A DNA stretch of 64,000 nt from Alphaproteobacteria bacterium (GCA_017962565.1 JAGCVC010000008.1:76850-140849), one strand, 5' to 3'; counted from the stretch's first letter, positions 1 through 9,921 are shown. Numbers and translations are program-made. The notes: generated from the sequence alone by a model not told the origin.

Positions 1-2
1 AG

Positions 3-31
3 TTGACACTCTCAATATTTCGTGATAAAAT
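3..31 (+). promoter_or_regulatory. sigma70-type promoter TTGACA-17-TAAAAT upstream of CDS 59..1111
   Basis: TTGACA at 3..8, 17-nt spacer, TAAAAT at 26..31; GA-rich RBS before the ATG at 59. Confidence 0.55.
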
Positions 32-58
32 GGTAGATGCGAAAGGAAATCGAAGCAT

Positions 59-1111
59 ATGCAAAAAACAAATGAAGATTTAGAACATAGATTTTTCTTA
101 GAAAATGGACTAGAAATCAGATATCAGCATGCTGATATTTTTTGGGGGGGAGTTTATGCCAAAATGCCCTTTGAGGAAGGCTCTTCTTTTTTCTTAAACT
201 ATGCGGCCAATCACTTAATAGAACATTGCATTCAAACGGATTTTTCAAATAGAAAAGAAACCAGATTCAATATGGTAAGATATGATTTGAAAGAAAATTT
301 AGATACAAATGAAATACTAGATAGTTTTAATTTAATTGCAGATAATTTTTCGCATATAAATCTGAGAAATATTGAGACTCAAAAAAAACGTATTTTCCAA
401 GAATTAGCAGGTTTTTCGGAAAAAATAGATAAATTCAAATATATAGGCGGAGCATTTTTACCTGTCTCTATAACAGAGTGGGATAGGATCGATGAAAACA
501 TGACAGAAGAAAAGGCTTTTCATTTTCTTAATCGACAAGCCGATTATGTAGCCGATTTTAGTGAAGAGGAACTAAAAAAACATGCTTTAGCCACTTACGG
601 AGCTGAGAACCTGATTTTGTATATCAAAGCACCAATTTCTTTTGAAGAATTAAAGAAACTTGTAGAAAGTTCAAAATTAGCATCTATTCCAAAAAAACAT
701 AAAGATGGACAATTAATTCCGTTTCGAACACTTCCGGATAAAACTCATTATCAAAGTATTAAATTAGACCATTTGAATTTTACAATAAGAAAAAATAAAA
801 GAATACCAGAAGGTTGCCATTCTCTCTTTAGAGAAGTTTGTAGAGACCTGTGTTTCGATAAAGATCTTGCCCTTTATTATTGTGATCTAGAAAACAGAGG
901 TAATGAAGAAAAATGGAAACTCACAATAACATCAGATAAAGCAGGGATGTTAAGAAAGACATTATTAAGAACATTGGCAAACTTAGGTAAGAATGATGCT
1001 TTTAAAAGTACTTCAATTGAAGTCATTCGACAAATAAAAGGACAATTGTTTCAAAAAAGAAGACAAGAAGCAAAGAGGCAACAACTGAAACGTTCAAATC
1101 CAGAAAGATGA
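59..1111 (+). CDS. divergent short M16 (pitrilysin/insulinase)-like metallopeptidase
   Basis: N-terminal LENGLEI...AANHLIEHCIQ contains the inverted zinc motif HxxEH in the position typical of M16 N-domains. A downstream acidic IFQELAGF segment is present. The rest has no recognisable match by eye. Confidence 0.45.
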   Translation: MQKTNEDLEHRFFLENGLEIRYQHADIFWGGVYAKMPFEEGSSFFLNYAANHLIEHCIQTDFSNRKETRFNMVRYDLKENLDTNEILDSFNLIADNFSHINLRNIETQKKRIFQELAGFSEKIDKFKYIGGAFLPVSITEWDRIDENMTEEKAFHFLNRQADYVADFSEEELKKHALATYGAENLILYIKAPISFEELKKLVESSKLASIPKKHKDGQLIPFRTLPDKTHYQSIKLDHLNFTIRKNKRIPEGCHSLFREVCRDLCFDKDLALYYCDLENRGNEEKWKLTITSDKAGMLRKTLLRTLANLGKNDAFKSTSIEVIRQIKGQLFQKRRQEAKRQQLKRSNPER

Positions 1112-1729
1112 TTATTTCTTTGCCTTTTTCACTGTTTTTTCAGCAGTTTCTTTGATTTTGGGTGTCTTACGACCTTTTTCCACTGAATAGCCATATTTGC
1201 CAAGCTGTCTGCCCATTGTGTAGTAAAAGCCATGCATATAGCCCAAAATACCCATTTTTTCAAAATGGACTTTACCGTCATCAGACACAAACTTTTCATC
1301 AACATTAACGCCAAGTATCTCCGCAACAAACATATCATGTGTACCGTAATGTTGAATGTCGACAACCTTACATTCAATTGAAACAGGACTTTGAGCAATT
1401 GCCGGAGCCTTAACAAATTGGCATTTTTCTGCAATCAATCCGGTTTCTTTAAACTTATCAACTTTTGCGCCGGTTTTAACACCGCACCAATCGGTAACAT
1501 CGGCTAAATCCAAAGTCGGTAAATTGATTACAAATTCCTTTGTTTTACTGATTATCTGATGCGAATAGCGGGAAGGGCGTATGGAAACGTAAGTCATTGC
1601 CGGTTCAGAGGCAATAATGCCTGTCCAAGCAGCTGTCATAACATTTGGTTTATCCATTGTTCCGCTGGAAACAAGTGCAGGAGGAACAGGGGATAAAAGT
1701 GTTCCGGGTTTCCAATGTAATTTTGCCAT
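1112..1729 (-). CDS. flavin reductase-like (FMN-binding split-barrel) domain protein
   Basis: LLSPVPPALVSSGT...NVMTAAWTGIIASEP...INLP pattern is typical of the flavin reductase family; lysine-rich C-terminal tail. Confidence 0.8.
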   Translation of the reverse strand: MAKLHWKPGTLLSPVPPALVSSGTMDKPNVMTAAWTGIIASEPAMTYVSIRPSRYSHQIISKTKEFVINLPTLDLADVTDWCGVKTGAKVDKFKETGLIAEKCQFVKAPAIAQSPVSIECKVVDIQHYGTHDMFVAEILGVNVDEKFVSDDGKVHFEKMGILGYMHGFYYTMGRQLGKYGYSVEKGRKTPKIKETAEKTVKKAKK

Positions 1730-1740
1730 TTCCTACTCCT

Positions 1741-2523
1741 TTAAAATTGAATTTTGACTGTTGCGCCAATTGTATGTGCATCTGTATGCGCATGATTTTG
1801 AGCACGATTAAAGAAAGAATAATTAAAAAATCCACCTATTGCGATATTTTCACCCAATAATAAGCTTAAATCAGCACGTCCATCCAATCCGGTGGATTTA
1901 AAAAAGTGATTGTAATTGTAATGCAGTGTCATATCTGCGGCAATTACATCAAAGAAACTTTTATAAAAACCGGCATAAGCATCATATTTTAAATCATTGT
2001 CCGCATCTTTTCTTTGTGCAATCGGTAATTCAATCTGTCCACCGATGTAAGGCAAAAAATACTTTAGATCATAACCGGTTCGTGCGTTGGCATAAAGCGC
2101 TTTGTATGCTCCGCCAAAATGATGGGTTTCTTTTTGTAAATAAACCAATTCCATTTGCAAATGTGCGTCATCTTTATTATAAAAATCGTAAACTGCTCCG
2201 GCAGACCAGTCAACATTTGTATCTGTTTTGTCCGTCAAAAGCCCCGTATCAAGACGATTCCTTTTCCATGTGTTTGCAATCGTTCCGATAATTGCAACTT
2301 TTTCAGAGATTCCATATTCCAAACGTTGCTCGAAATATTTATTACGAGTTCTAAAATTATTTCCATAAATTTCCTTTCGTGTGTGTGTCTTTTGAAAGGA
2401 CAATTGCGTTGTTGATGTCAAATTTCCCTTTGGAGAAAGGTAAAAGGGATTGCTGAGTTCCGCAGATTGCGCCACATTTGTCGCAAATATAATGTATATT
2501 AAAGAAAAAAATATTTTTTTCAT
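1741..2523 (-). CDS. outer-membrane beta-barrel protein (unknown family)
   Basis: Signal peptide MKKIFFSLIYIIFATNVAQSAE, alternating aromatic/hydrophilic strands, C-terminal ...TVKIQF ending in Phe. Confidence 0.6.
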   Translation of the reverse strand: MKKIFFSLIYIIFATNVAQSAELSNPFYLSPKGNLTSTTQLSFQKTHTRKEIYGNNFRTRNKYFEQRLEYGISEKVAIIGTIANTWKRNRLDTGLLTDKTDTNVDWSAGAVYDFYNKDDAHLQMELVYLQKETHHFGGAYKALYANARTGYDLKYFLPYIGGQIELPIAQRKDADNDLKYDAYAGFYKSFFDVIAADMTLHYNYNHFFKSTGLDGRADLSLLLGENIAIGGFFNYSFFNRAQNHAHTDAHTIGATVKIQF

Positions 2524-2586
2524 GAAAACTCCTTTGCTTGTTTTATGTCAGTTTAGGTAAAAAACAACAAAATTGCAATACAAAAA

Positions 2587-2615
2587 TTGACAAAACAGTT
2601 TTTCTTTGCTAAGAT
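2587..2615 (+). promoter_or_regulatory. sigma70-type promoter TTGACA-17-TAAGAT upstream of 2646..3323
   Basis: TTGACA 2587..2592, 17-nt spacer, TAAGAT 2610..2615; GAGAGG RBS before the ATG at 2646. Confidence 0.55.
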
Positions 2616-2645
2616 GACCAAAACAGTTTTGGAAAGAGAGGTAAA

Positions 2646-3323
2646 ATGTTTCAAATTCTTAAACGTGTTTTTTCTTCAAATCTGAAAGAAAATGGGACGA
2701 ATAATATCGTCAACAATCAAGATTTTCCCAATTGTAAATTTGCTGTTTTTGGTAATAACAACAAAATAATTATTTCTCCAAATGCAAAAATAAAAGGAGA
2801 AATTTCCGTCTATGGTAACGAAAATATTATCCAAATTGATGAGGAAACTATTTTACATGGTAAAATCAAAATAGGCAGTCCGGCTTCATCCTACGGATGC
2901 AAAGCCGAAGGATGTTCTCTCAGAATAGGTAAAAATGTTCATGCTTCAGAAAATCTTCATATAACACTTGCTGATGACGAAACAAAAGTTTCTATCGGAG
3001 ATTTAAGTGTTTTTGAACCGGGAATACAAATCTTAGCATCAGATATGCACTCTGTTGTCGATGATGAGGGTAATTTGTTAAACAAGGCCTCTTTTGTTCG
3101 TATAGGCAAACACGTGTGGTTTGGGCCTGGTTGTAAAATATTAAAAAATTCCGTTGTAAATGATGAATGTATAGTCGGTGCTGCCAGTATAATTACTCAT
3201 GCTTTTTGGGAGCCACATGCCTTAATAGCCGGAACTCCGGCAAAAATTATCAAGCACAACATTCGTTGGGATATACTTTCCCCGAATCTTTATGAACAAC
3301 AGCAAAAAGAATATACTACTTAA
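2646..3323 (+). CDS. hexapeptide-repeat (left-handed beta-helix) acyl/acetyltransferase
   Basis: Repetitive [LIV]-G-x4 turns (FGNNNKIIISPNAKIKGEISVYGNENII; IGKHVWFGPGCKILKNSVVNDECIVGAASII) and a ...AGTPAKII tail typical of sugar O-acetyltransferases. Confidence 0.65.
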   Translation: MFQILKRVFSSNLKENGTNNIVNNQDFPNCKFAVFGNNNKIIISPNAKIKGEISVYGNENIIQIDEETILHGKIKIGSPASSYGCKAEGCSLRIGKNVHASENLHITLADDETKVSIGDLSVFEPGIQILASDMHSVVDDEGNLLNKASFVRIGKHVWFGPGCKILKNSVVNDECIVGAASIITHAFWEPHALIAGTPAKIIKHNIRWDILSPNLYEQQQKEYTT

Positions 3324-4296
3324 CTAACCTTTTCCATTTCAATGCAAGACGCGTTTGATTTCTCAGAAGAAACCATAAAGTAATCTTGTGTTTCAGTTTC
3401 AATCCGTCATAAGAAATAAGGCCTTCCGAATAAAGAGCTTGCACAACTTTCTGTGCATGATCGAACAGTTCTAACTGTTTTTGCTTGTCTTTTTGCTTTC
3501 TAATACACTGATTAAGCATCATCTTAACACGCTGATTGAACAGATATTTTTGAACAAACGCAAATTTATCTGGTGATATGCGTTTGAAATATTCCGCTAA
3601 ATAACGAATGATTTTATCATAACTGGCAATTTTTTCTTTCGTAAAGTTTGAACGCATAATCGAATTCGGATTCTTGTAGTAGTAGTAAAGAGGAGCATCA
3701 ACAAGAACTATTTGGTCAATTTCATTCATTAATTGAGTGGTGAATGGAATATCTTCAAAATGGATACCTTTTATAAACGGAATTTTTTGAATTAAAGTCT
3801 TTTTATACAATCTAAAACAAGCGCCAGTTTTAAGAGCTCTTTTTGTTAAAAAAACTTTCAATGCATTTTTTATTATTGATATTTTACAATTAGTTAAATC
3901 AATATTTTCATGTATTTCTTTATATTTATCAGTGGTATTTTTAGCGCAACAACTGACAACTCCTATCCCGTATTTTAGAGCTGTGACAAACAAAATTTCC
4001 AAAGCCTGCGGATGCAAATAATCATCAGAATCCAAAAAATAAATCCATTCTCCTTTGGCATTTTTCATACCTGTATTTCGTGCGTCAGATAATCCTCCGT
4101 TTTTTTGATGAATAACAGTAAAACGTTTATCTGAAAAAGCAAAATCATCCGCAATTTTTCCACTATTATCCGTACTGCCGTCATCCACGCAAATGCACTC
4201 AAAGTCTTTAAATGTTTGCGCAGCGACACTTTTTAAGCAGCCTAACACATACTCTTCAACATTATAAATCGGAACAATTACAGATATTTTTGCCAT
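3316..4296 (-). CDS. family 2 glycosyltransferase
   Basis: SVIVPIYNVEEYV...CICVDDGSTDNS...FLDSDD signature of GT-A/GT2 enzymes. Confidence 0.85.
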   Translation of the reverse strand: MAKISVIVPIYNVEEYVLGCLKSVAAQTFKDFECICVDDGSTDNSGKIADDFAFSDKRFTVIHQKNGGLSDARNTGMKNAKGEWIYFLDSDDYLHPQALEILFVTALKYGIGVVSCCAKNTTDKYKEIHENIDLTNCKISIIKNALKVFLTKRALKTGACFRLYKKTLIQKIPFIKGIHFEDIPFTTQLMNEIDQIVLVDAPLYYYYKNPNSIMRSNFTKEKIASYDKIIRYLAEYFKRISPDKFAFVQKYLFNQRVKMMLNQCIRKQKDKQKQLELFDHAQKVVQALYSEGLISYDGLKLKHKITLWFLLRNQTRLALKWKRLVK

Positions 4297-4403
4297 ATTT
4301 TATCTCCACGTGTAGCACATTATACTCAAGCCTTACCAAAATGCAACGTTTTTTTTCTTTACTTTTTCGGTGTATAATGGTATTCTCTCTAAAAGAGGGT
4401 TAA

Positions 4404-6164
4404 ATGGACAAATATCCAGCAAAAGCATTTTCATATTTTCTGAAAGAATTGAAAGGGTATCGCAGGATATACTTACTGTTACTTATTTCTATTGCAATAG
4501 CTCTTTTCTTTGATAAATTAGCTCCTTATTATTTTTCGAAAATAATAGATGTTTTTTCAGGAAATATTGGTGATAAGAAAGATTCTTTGGAACTCATTTT
4601 TAAATATTTCGGGTTATTTATTTTATCAATCTTTTTATTCAATATACTGAGACGATTTGGCATGTTTTTATGTCAAAAAATTGAAACAGGATTAAGAATA
4701 AAAACAAAAAGAAATGCTATGATTTATATGGCAGGTCACTCCGAACGCTTTTTTAACGAGCAACACTCTGCATCTTTAGGTGCTAAAGTTGGTCAGCTTT
4801 CGGATCAAATGAGTGATATGTTTATGCTTTCATTATGGGAATTTTACACAGCAGCTGTTGTCATGTTGATAACCATTGGTATGCTGTTTTGGGTAAACTA
4901 CTTTTTTGCACTTGTTTTTTTATTCTGGTTAATTGTCTTGGCTTTTTTATTAGGAAAATCAAGCAAAAAATTAAAAGAATGCTTTGAGTATCGTGCGGAA
5001 AGAAGATCGGTAACAACAAGCAGAATTGTCGATATCTTATCTAATCATACACTTTTGAAAAGCTTTGCCTCTCTTAATTACGAATGTGAAAAATTGGCTC
5101 CATTTTTAGATGAAGAACGCAAAGCATTATCCGAATCCTTTAATAAAATGGAAAATGCCAGATTTATCCAATTTATTGCGGTTGCCTTGTTTCAAATTAG
5201 CATGGTTTTGCTTGCTATTTATTTGTGGTACTGTGGTTTAATTACAACCGGAAATGTTGTTTTTATGCTTTTATTAGTTTCCAGTGAAATCTCGACCTTC
5301 CAATTTTTTGTTTTTTCTTTATTACATTGGAACAGATCCACGGGAGAGGCCGAAAATACCTTAAAACTGTTGTCACAACCGCATGAAATAACGGACAAAC
5401 AGAATGCTAAAAAATTAAAAGTAAAACGTGGCGTAATTGAATTTAAGAATGTATTTTTTAAATATTCAACACGAAAACAGGTAATGGAAAATTTTAATCT
5501 AAAGATAAAGTCACATGAAAAGATTGGCTTGGTCGGTATCTCAGGAAGCGGGAAAAGTACACTTGTCAATCTGTTACAACGCTTTTATGAAGTTCATGAA
5601 GGTGCTATCCTGATTGACGGACAAAACATTAGTGATGTGACATTGGATAGTTTGCACAATGCCATAGCGGTTATTCCACAAGATACAGCTTTGTTCTATC
5701 GAAGTATCTTTGAAAATATTGCTTATGGCCGTTCAGACGTTACCAAAAAGGCTGTATTTGATGCTGCAAAAAAGGCATATGCTGATGAATTTATTACCGA
5801 AATGCCAAACGGATATGACAGCATGGTTGGCGAACGCGGGGTTAAGGTTTCCGGTGGACAAAGGCAAAGGATTGCTGTAGCACGTGCAATTTTAAAAAAT
5901 GCACCTATATTGATTTTGGATGAAGCAACTTCTGCTTTGGACAGTGTATCGGAAGAATATATTCAAAAAAGTATGAAATCTTTAATGCGCGGTAAAACGG
6001 TTATAGCTATTGCTCACCGATTATCAACCTTACAAAAAATGGATCGTATCATTGTAATGAGTAAAGGGAAAATTATAGAGCAGGGAACTCCAGAAGAACT
6101 TTTAAAGAAACGGGGAACTTATGCTAAATTGTGGAAAATTCAAACGGGTATCGGTAAAAAATGA
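4404..6164 (+). CDS. ABC exporter, fused permease/ATPase (MsbA-like type I exporter)
   Basis: Six N-terminal TM segments, Walker A GISGSGKST, signature VSGGQRQR, Walker B ILILDEATSALD, H-loop AIAHRL. Confidence 0.9.
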   Translation: MDKYPAKAFSYFLKELKGYRRIYLLLLISIAIALFFDKLAPYYFSKIIDVFSGNIGDKKDSLELIFKYFGLFILSIFLFNILRRFGMFLCQKIETGLRIKTKRNAMIYMAGHSERFFNEQHSASLGAKVGQLSDQMSDMFMLSLWEFYTAAVVMLITIGMLFWVNYFFALVFLFWLIVLAFLLGKSSKKLKECFEYRAERRSVTTSRIVDILSNHTLLKSFASLNYECEKLAPFLDEERKALSESFNKMENARFIQFIAVALFQISMVLLAIYLWYCGLITTGNVVFMLLLVSSEISTFQFFVFSLLHWNRSTGEAENTLKLLSQPHEITDKQNAKKLKVKRGVIEFKNVFFKYSTRKQVMENFNLKIKSHEKIGLVGISGSGKSTLVNLLQRFYEVHEGAILIDGQNISDVTLDSLHNAIAVIPQDTALFYRSIFENIAYGRSDVTKKAVFDAAKKAYADEFITEMPNGYDSMVGERGVKVSGGQRQRIAVARAILKNAPILILDEATSALDSVSEEYIQKSMKSLMRGKTVIAIAHRLSTLQKMDRIIVMSKGKIIEQGTPEELLKKRGTYAKLWKIQTGIGKK

Positions 6165-6700
6165 AAATATATTGGCAGTTGTTTATTTCGTTTTTTAAGG
6201 TCGGATTGTTTACTTTCGGTGGTGGCTATGCCATGTTGCCGTTATTGCAAAAAGAAGTCGTCAATCGTGGTTGGGCCACGGAAGATGAAGTTTTGGATTA
6301 CTACGCTATCGGACCGGTCACTCCGGGAATTGTTGCTGTTAATGTTTCAACCTTCATCGGATATAAGACAAAAGGTTGGTTGGGGGCACTTTGTACGCTT
6401 TTAGGTATAATTACACCGTCCGTGATTATTATCACTTTGTTTGCCAGTGGTTTGAAATATCTGTGGGATTATCCGGTTGTGCGTCATGCTTTTGCCGGTA
6501 TCCGCTTAGTTATTCCAGCACTGATTATACCGATTTTGAGTAAAATGATAAGAAAAAGTGTTTTTGATAAATTTACTTTTGGCATTTTGTTTTTTGCCTT
6601 TTTGCTCAGTTTTTTTGAGGTCTTATCACCTATTTACCTTATTATTTCGTCTGCAATATTGGGAATATCGTGTAAGCTAATAAAAAGGAAAGCCCAATGA
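6161..6700 (+). CDS. chromate transporter (CHR) family protein, short-chain half 1
   Basis: FGGGYAMLPLLQKEVV motif of the ChrA family; ATGA overlap with the upstream ABC gene. Confidence 0.8.
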   Translation: MKIYWQLFISFFKVGLFTFGGGYAMLPLLQKEVVNRGWATEDEVLDYYAIGPVTPGIVAVNVSTFIGYKTKGWLGALCTLLGIITPSVIIITLFASGLKYLWDYPVVRHAFAGIRLVIPALIIPILSKMIRKSVFDKFTFGILFFAFLLSFFEVLSPIYLIISSAILGISCKLIKRKAQ

Positions 6701-7236
6701 TTTATTTGACGTTATTTTATGAATTTTTGAAAATAGGGCTGTTTGCTGTCGGTGGCGGTTTGGCAACCATTCCGTTTTTGTTTGACTTAACAAATAAGTT
6801 TGATTGGTTTTCAAAAGAAGAATTAGTGTCCATGATTGCTTTATCAGAATCAACGCCCGGTCCACTTGGTATTAACATGGCAACTTATGCCGGTTTTCAG
6901 GGTGGAGGAGTTTTGGGTGGTATAATCGCGACCGTAGGATTAGTAATGCCGGCATTTTTTGTAATTATTTTTATCGGCAAGTTTTATGAAAAGTTTAAAG
7001 ATAGCTCTATCATACAATCTATCTTTTATGGATTAAGACCGGCTGTTTCTATGATGATAACCGTTTTCATCATTAAAGTGTGTATGGTTATTGTTGAATT
7101 AACTCCTGATTTTAATCGTTTGATAATTTCGGCCGGATTGTTTGTATGCTATTTATTACTGATTTTGCGTTATAAATGTCACCCGATTTTCTTTATTTTG
7201 TTGGGTGCTGTAATGGGTATTTTATTAAAATTATAA
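6697..7236 (+). CDS. chromate transporter (CHR) family protein, short-chain half 2
   Basis: VGGGLATIPFLFD...ESTPGPLGIN motifs; ATGA overlap with half 1; both halves are 179 aa, the paired short-CHR arrangement. Confidence 0.8.
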   Translation: MIYLTLFYEFLKIGLFAVGGGLATIPFLFDLTNKFDWFSKEELVSMIALSESTPGPLGINMATYAGFQGGGVLGGIIATVGLVMPAFFVIIFIGKFYEKFKDSSIIQSIFYGLRPAVSMMITVFIIKVCMVIVELTPDFNRLIISAGLFVCYLLLILRYKCHPIFFILLGAVMGILLKL

Positions 7237-7254
7237 AAATTTTTAAAAAAGTAC

Positions 7255-7283
7255 TTGCATTTATTTTTTGATTGGTGTATAAA
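7255..7283 (+). promoter_or_regulatory. sigma70-type promoter TTGCAT-17-TATAAA for tRNA-Glu
   Basis: TTGCAT 7255..7260, 17-nt spacer, TATAAA 7278..7283, about 20 nt before the tRNA 5' end. Confidence 0.5.
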
Positions 7284-7303
7284 TAAGCCTACTTTTGGAT
7301 GAT

Positions 7304-7379
7304 GACCCCATCGTCTAGAGGCCTAGGACATCGCCCTTTCACGGCGGTAACGCGAGTTCGACTCTCGCTGGGGTCGCCA
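7304..7379 (+). tRNA. tRNA-Glu (anticodon UUC)
   Basis: Acceptor GACCCCA/TGGGGTC, D-loop TCTAGAGGCCTAGGAC, anticodon loop CTTTCAC, T-loop GTTCGACTC, encoded CCA. Confidence 0.95.
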
Positions 7380-7384
7380 ATTTG

Positions 7385-7410
7385 AAGCCGCTTAAATAGC
7401 GGCTTTTTTT
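7385..7410 (+). terminator. intrinsic terminator after tRNA-Glu
   Basis: AAGCCGC-TTAAATA-GCGGCTT hairpin followed by a T-run. Confidence 0.8.
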
Positions 7411-7427
7411 GTAGGAGGAATTCACAA

Positions 7428-8126
7428 ATGGGAACAATTGTTGCAATCGGTGGCGGAGAAATGGGTCGGATTTTAGAAGATACAAATGGTGTGGAATATC
7501 AAACATCCATTGAAACAACGCATATAGATTCCGCGATTATTCGTTTAACGCAAAAGGCTCATCCGAAAGTATTATTCGTTGGAACAGCTTCTCATGACAA
7601 TCCGGCTTATGCAGATACTGTGCGCAGGCAATATCTTAATCGATTAGGTTGTGCATCCTTTGAAATATTAAATTTAGAAACAGAAGATTTATCCTATGAC
7701 GACATTTTAAAGAAAGTTATGGAAACAGACATTATTTATGTCGGCGGAGGTGATACGACATATATGTTGAAAGTTTGGCGTGAAAAGGGTGTTGATGAAA
7801 TTTTGCGCAAGGCATACCAAAAAGGAACTGTTTTGTCCGGACTTTCTGCTGGTGCGATTTGTTGGTTCGACTGGTATGACAATATGGATGACGTAGAAAC
7901 TTTGGATGAATTGGCGTTGGTTCCGGGACTTTCATTTATAAAAGGTTTCTGCGTTCCTCATTATGAAGAACTGTCTGAAGAAGAAAAAGAGAAAATCAAC
8001 TTTTTACTCAAAGGGAAGGGCATTTCCGGTTGGGCATTGGATAATTGTTCCGCTATTATCTTTCAAGATAGTAAAATGGAAATTATATCAAGTGAAGATG
8101 GTCGAACCACACGAAAGATACCCTAA
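7428..8126 (+). CDS. peptidase S51 (dipeptidase E / cyanophycinase-like) family protein
   Basis: IVAIGGGE...IIYVGGGDTTYML...LSGLSAGAICWF matches the S51 nucleophile region; AGGAGG RBS. Confidence 0.75.
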   Translation: MGTIVAIGGGEMGRILEDTNGVEYQTSIETTHIDSAIIRLTQKAHPKVLFVGTASHDNPAYADTVRRQYLNRLGCASFEILNLETEDLSYDDILKKVMETDIIYVGGGDTTYMLKVWREKGVDEILRKAYQKGTVLSGLSAGAICWFDWYDNMDDVETLDELALVPGLSFIKGFCVPHYEELSEEEKEKINFLLKGKGISGWALDNCSAIIFQDSKMEIISSEDGRTTRKIP

Positions 8127-8128
8127 AA

Positions 8129-8713
8129 TCACTTCAACACTTCCTTTAAAATTTCACCGATTTCATAGACTGGCAGACCGACAATGTTTGGATAGGATCC
8201 TTTAATTCCTTTAACAAATGTCGAAAGCATACCTTCAATGCGATAAGCTGCAACGTTTTCCCATTCCTTTGAATTAATTAATGCATACTTTTCCGAATTT
8301 GTGATTTTTTTCATGTAAACAACCGTTTTTGCAACACCGCTTTTTTGCCGTCCTTCAAAGTCAATAACGCTGTATCCGGTCAAAACATAATGCTTTGTTC
8401 CTGAAAGCAAATCCAAATTTTCCCGGGCAACTGTTTCATTCGGTGCCTTGCGGATAATCTTTCCTTTTGCAACAATGACTGTGTCAGCAGAAACAACGCA
8501 ACAATTCGGATGCTGTTTTGCAACGAATAAAGCTTTTTCAATTGCCACACGTTTAACGTAATCTTTTGGTTTTTCGTTTGGTAGGATGCTTTCATCAATG
8601 TCTGCACCCGTACATAAATCCGGCTCAAAGCCAGCATCACGGAGCAATCGTTGGCGTTGAGGCGAACAAGAAGCTAATATGAATCCTTTTGATAAATTCC
8701 ATTTGTTCGGCAT
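8129..8713 (-). CDS. maf: Maf-like nucleoside triphosphate pyrophosphatase
   Basis: ILASCSPQRQRLL...SADTVI...AAYRIEG...GSYPNIVGLP motifs of the Maf family. Confidence 0.85.
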   Translation of the reverse strand: MPNKWNLSKGFILASCSPQRQRLLRDAGFEPDLCTGADIDESILPNEKPKDYVKRVAIEKALFVAKQHPNCCVVSADTVIVAKGKIIRKAPNETVARENLDLLSGTKHYVLTGYSVIDFEGRQKSGVAKTVVYMKKITNSEKYALINSKEWENVAAYRIEGMLSTFVKGIKGSYPNIVGLPVYEIGEILKEVLK

Positions 8714-8840
8714 AGCAAAATCCTTTCTTTTCTTTTAGAATGCAATTTTTTACAATAAAAGTCAAAGAAAAAAAGACTATCTTTTTTCAAAAAAATATGT
8801 TATAATGACGTGCAGTTTTTGATTTTCTTAGGAGATTATT

Positions 8841-9407
8841 ATGAAAGAACTGTATGAAAAATTGAAAAATTACAAACCGTTTGATGAAGAAGAAGCACAA
8901 AATGTAAAATCCTTTTTACAATTTTTGGATGCTTTTGGTGATAATGTCTGGACACGAGATAATATGGTCGGACACATTTCATCTTCCGCATGGGTTGTCA
9001 ATCCCGAAAAAACAAAAGTTTTAATGGCTTATCACAAGATTTATGACAGCTTTGCTTGGTTGGGTGGACACGCTGACGGGGACAAAGATTTATTGCACGT
9101 TGCTTTGAAAGAAACTCAAGAAGAAAGCGGTATTACAAATGTAAAACCTGTTTCAAATGATTTTATTGATGTTGTCGGAATGTTTGTCAAGCCGCATATT
9201 AAACGTGGTGTGCATATTCCTTCACATATTCATTACAACGTTACATATTTGTTAGAAGCACCGGAAAATCAAGATTTACATATTGCAGAAGCTGAAAATT
9301 CCGCTGTGAAATGGATTGCTTTTCATGATGTGATGAACTCGGTTACCGAAGAACACATGAAACCGGTTTATAAACGCCTAATTGAAAAAACAATCCGGAT
9401 GAGATAA
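8841..9407 (+). CDS. NUDIX hydrolase
   Basis: Nudix box GGHADGDKDLLHVALKETQEESGI (Gx5Ex7REUxEExGU-like). Confidence 0.8.
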   Translation: MKELYEKLKNYKPFDEEEAQNVKSFLQFLDAFGDNVWTRDNMVGHISSSAWVVNPEKTKVLMAYHKIYDSFAWLGGHADGDKDLLHVALKETQEESGITNVKPVSNDFIDVVGMFVKPHIKRGVHIPSHIHYNVTYLLEAPENQDLHIAEAENSAVKWIAFHDVMNSVTEEHMKPVYKRLIEKTIRMR

Positions 9408-9410
9408 ATC

Positions 9411-9902
9411 TTAAATACCTTTTGTCAAGTCGCAAAAGGGGGCATGGATAAATTCGGACAATTGATTGGGATTAATTTCAATCGTCACACCGATTTTGCC
9501 ACCACTGACGCATATTGTATCAAACAAAATTGCCGTTTCATCAATAAAAGTTTGAAACGGCTTTTTCATGCCGATCGGTGAACAACCACCGTGGATATAG
9601 CCCGTCAACGGCAATAGGTTTTTCATTGGTTGCATTTCCAAATTCTTGACTTTGGCGGCAAGGGCGGCTTTTTTTAAATCAAGTTCATTAGCCGCGGGGA
9701 TAACAAAAACAAAATGTTCAAATGAATGCGTTTGCGTTGGCGATTGCGTAACAAGGGTTTTGAAAACTTGTTCTGGCATTTTATTTAACTGTGTTGCAAC
9801 TGAACGCGCGTCAATACCCAATTTGGCATCATAATTATAGGCTGTGAAAGGAATCCTCGCACTTTCCAACACCCGCATTACATTTGTTTTTGATATTAAC
9901 AT
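9411..9902 (-). CDS. ybaK: Cys-tRNA(Pro)/Cys-tRNA(Cys) deacylase, YbaK/EbsC family
   Basis: About 160 aa; TNVMRVLE...IPF...Y N-terminus and GYIHGGCSPIG...VSGG core typical of YbaK. Confidence 0.8.
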   Translation of the reverse strand: MLISKTNVMRVLESARIPFTAYNYDAKLGIDARSVATQLNKMPEQVFKTLVTQSPTQTHSFEHFVFVIPAANELDLKKAALAAKVKNLEMQPMKNLLPLTGYIHGGCSPIGMKKPFQTFIDETAILFDTICVSGGKIGVTIEINPNQLSEFIHAPFCDLTKGI

Positions 9903-9921
9903 TCACTATCACTCCAGACAT

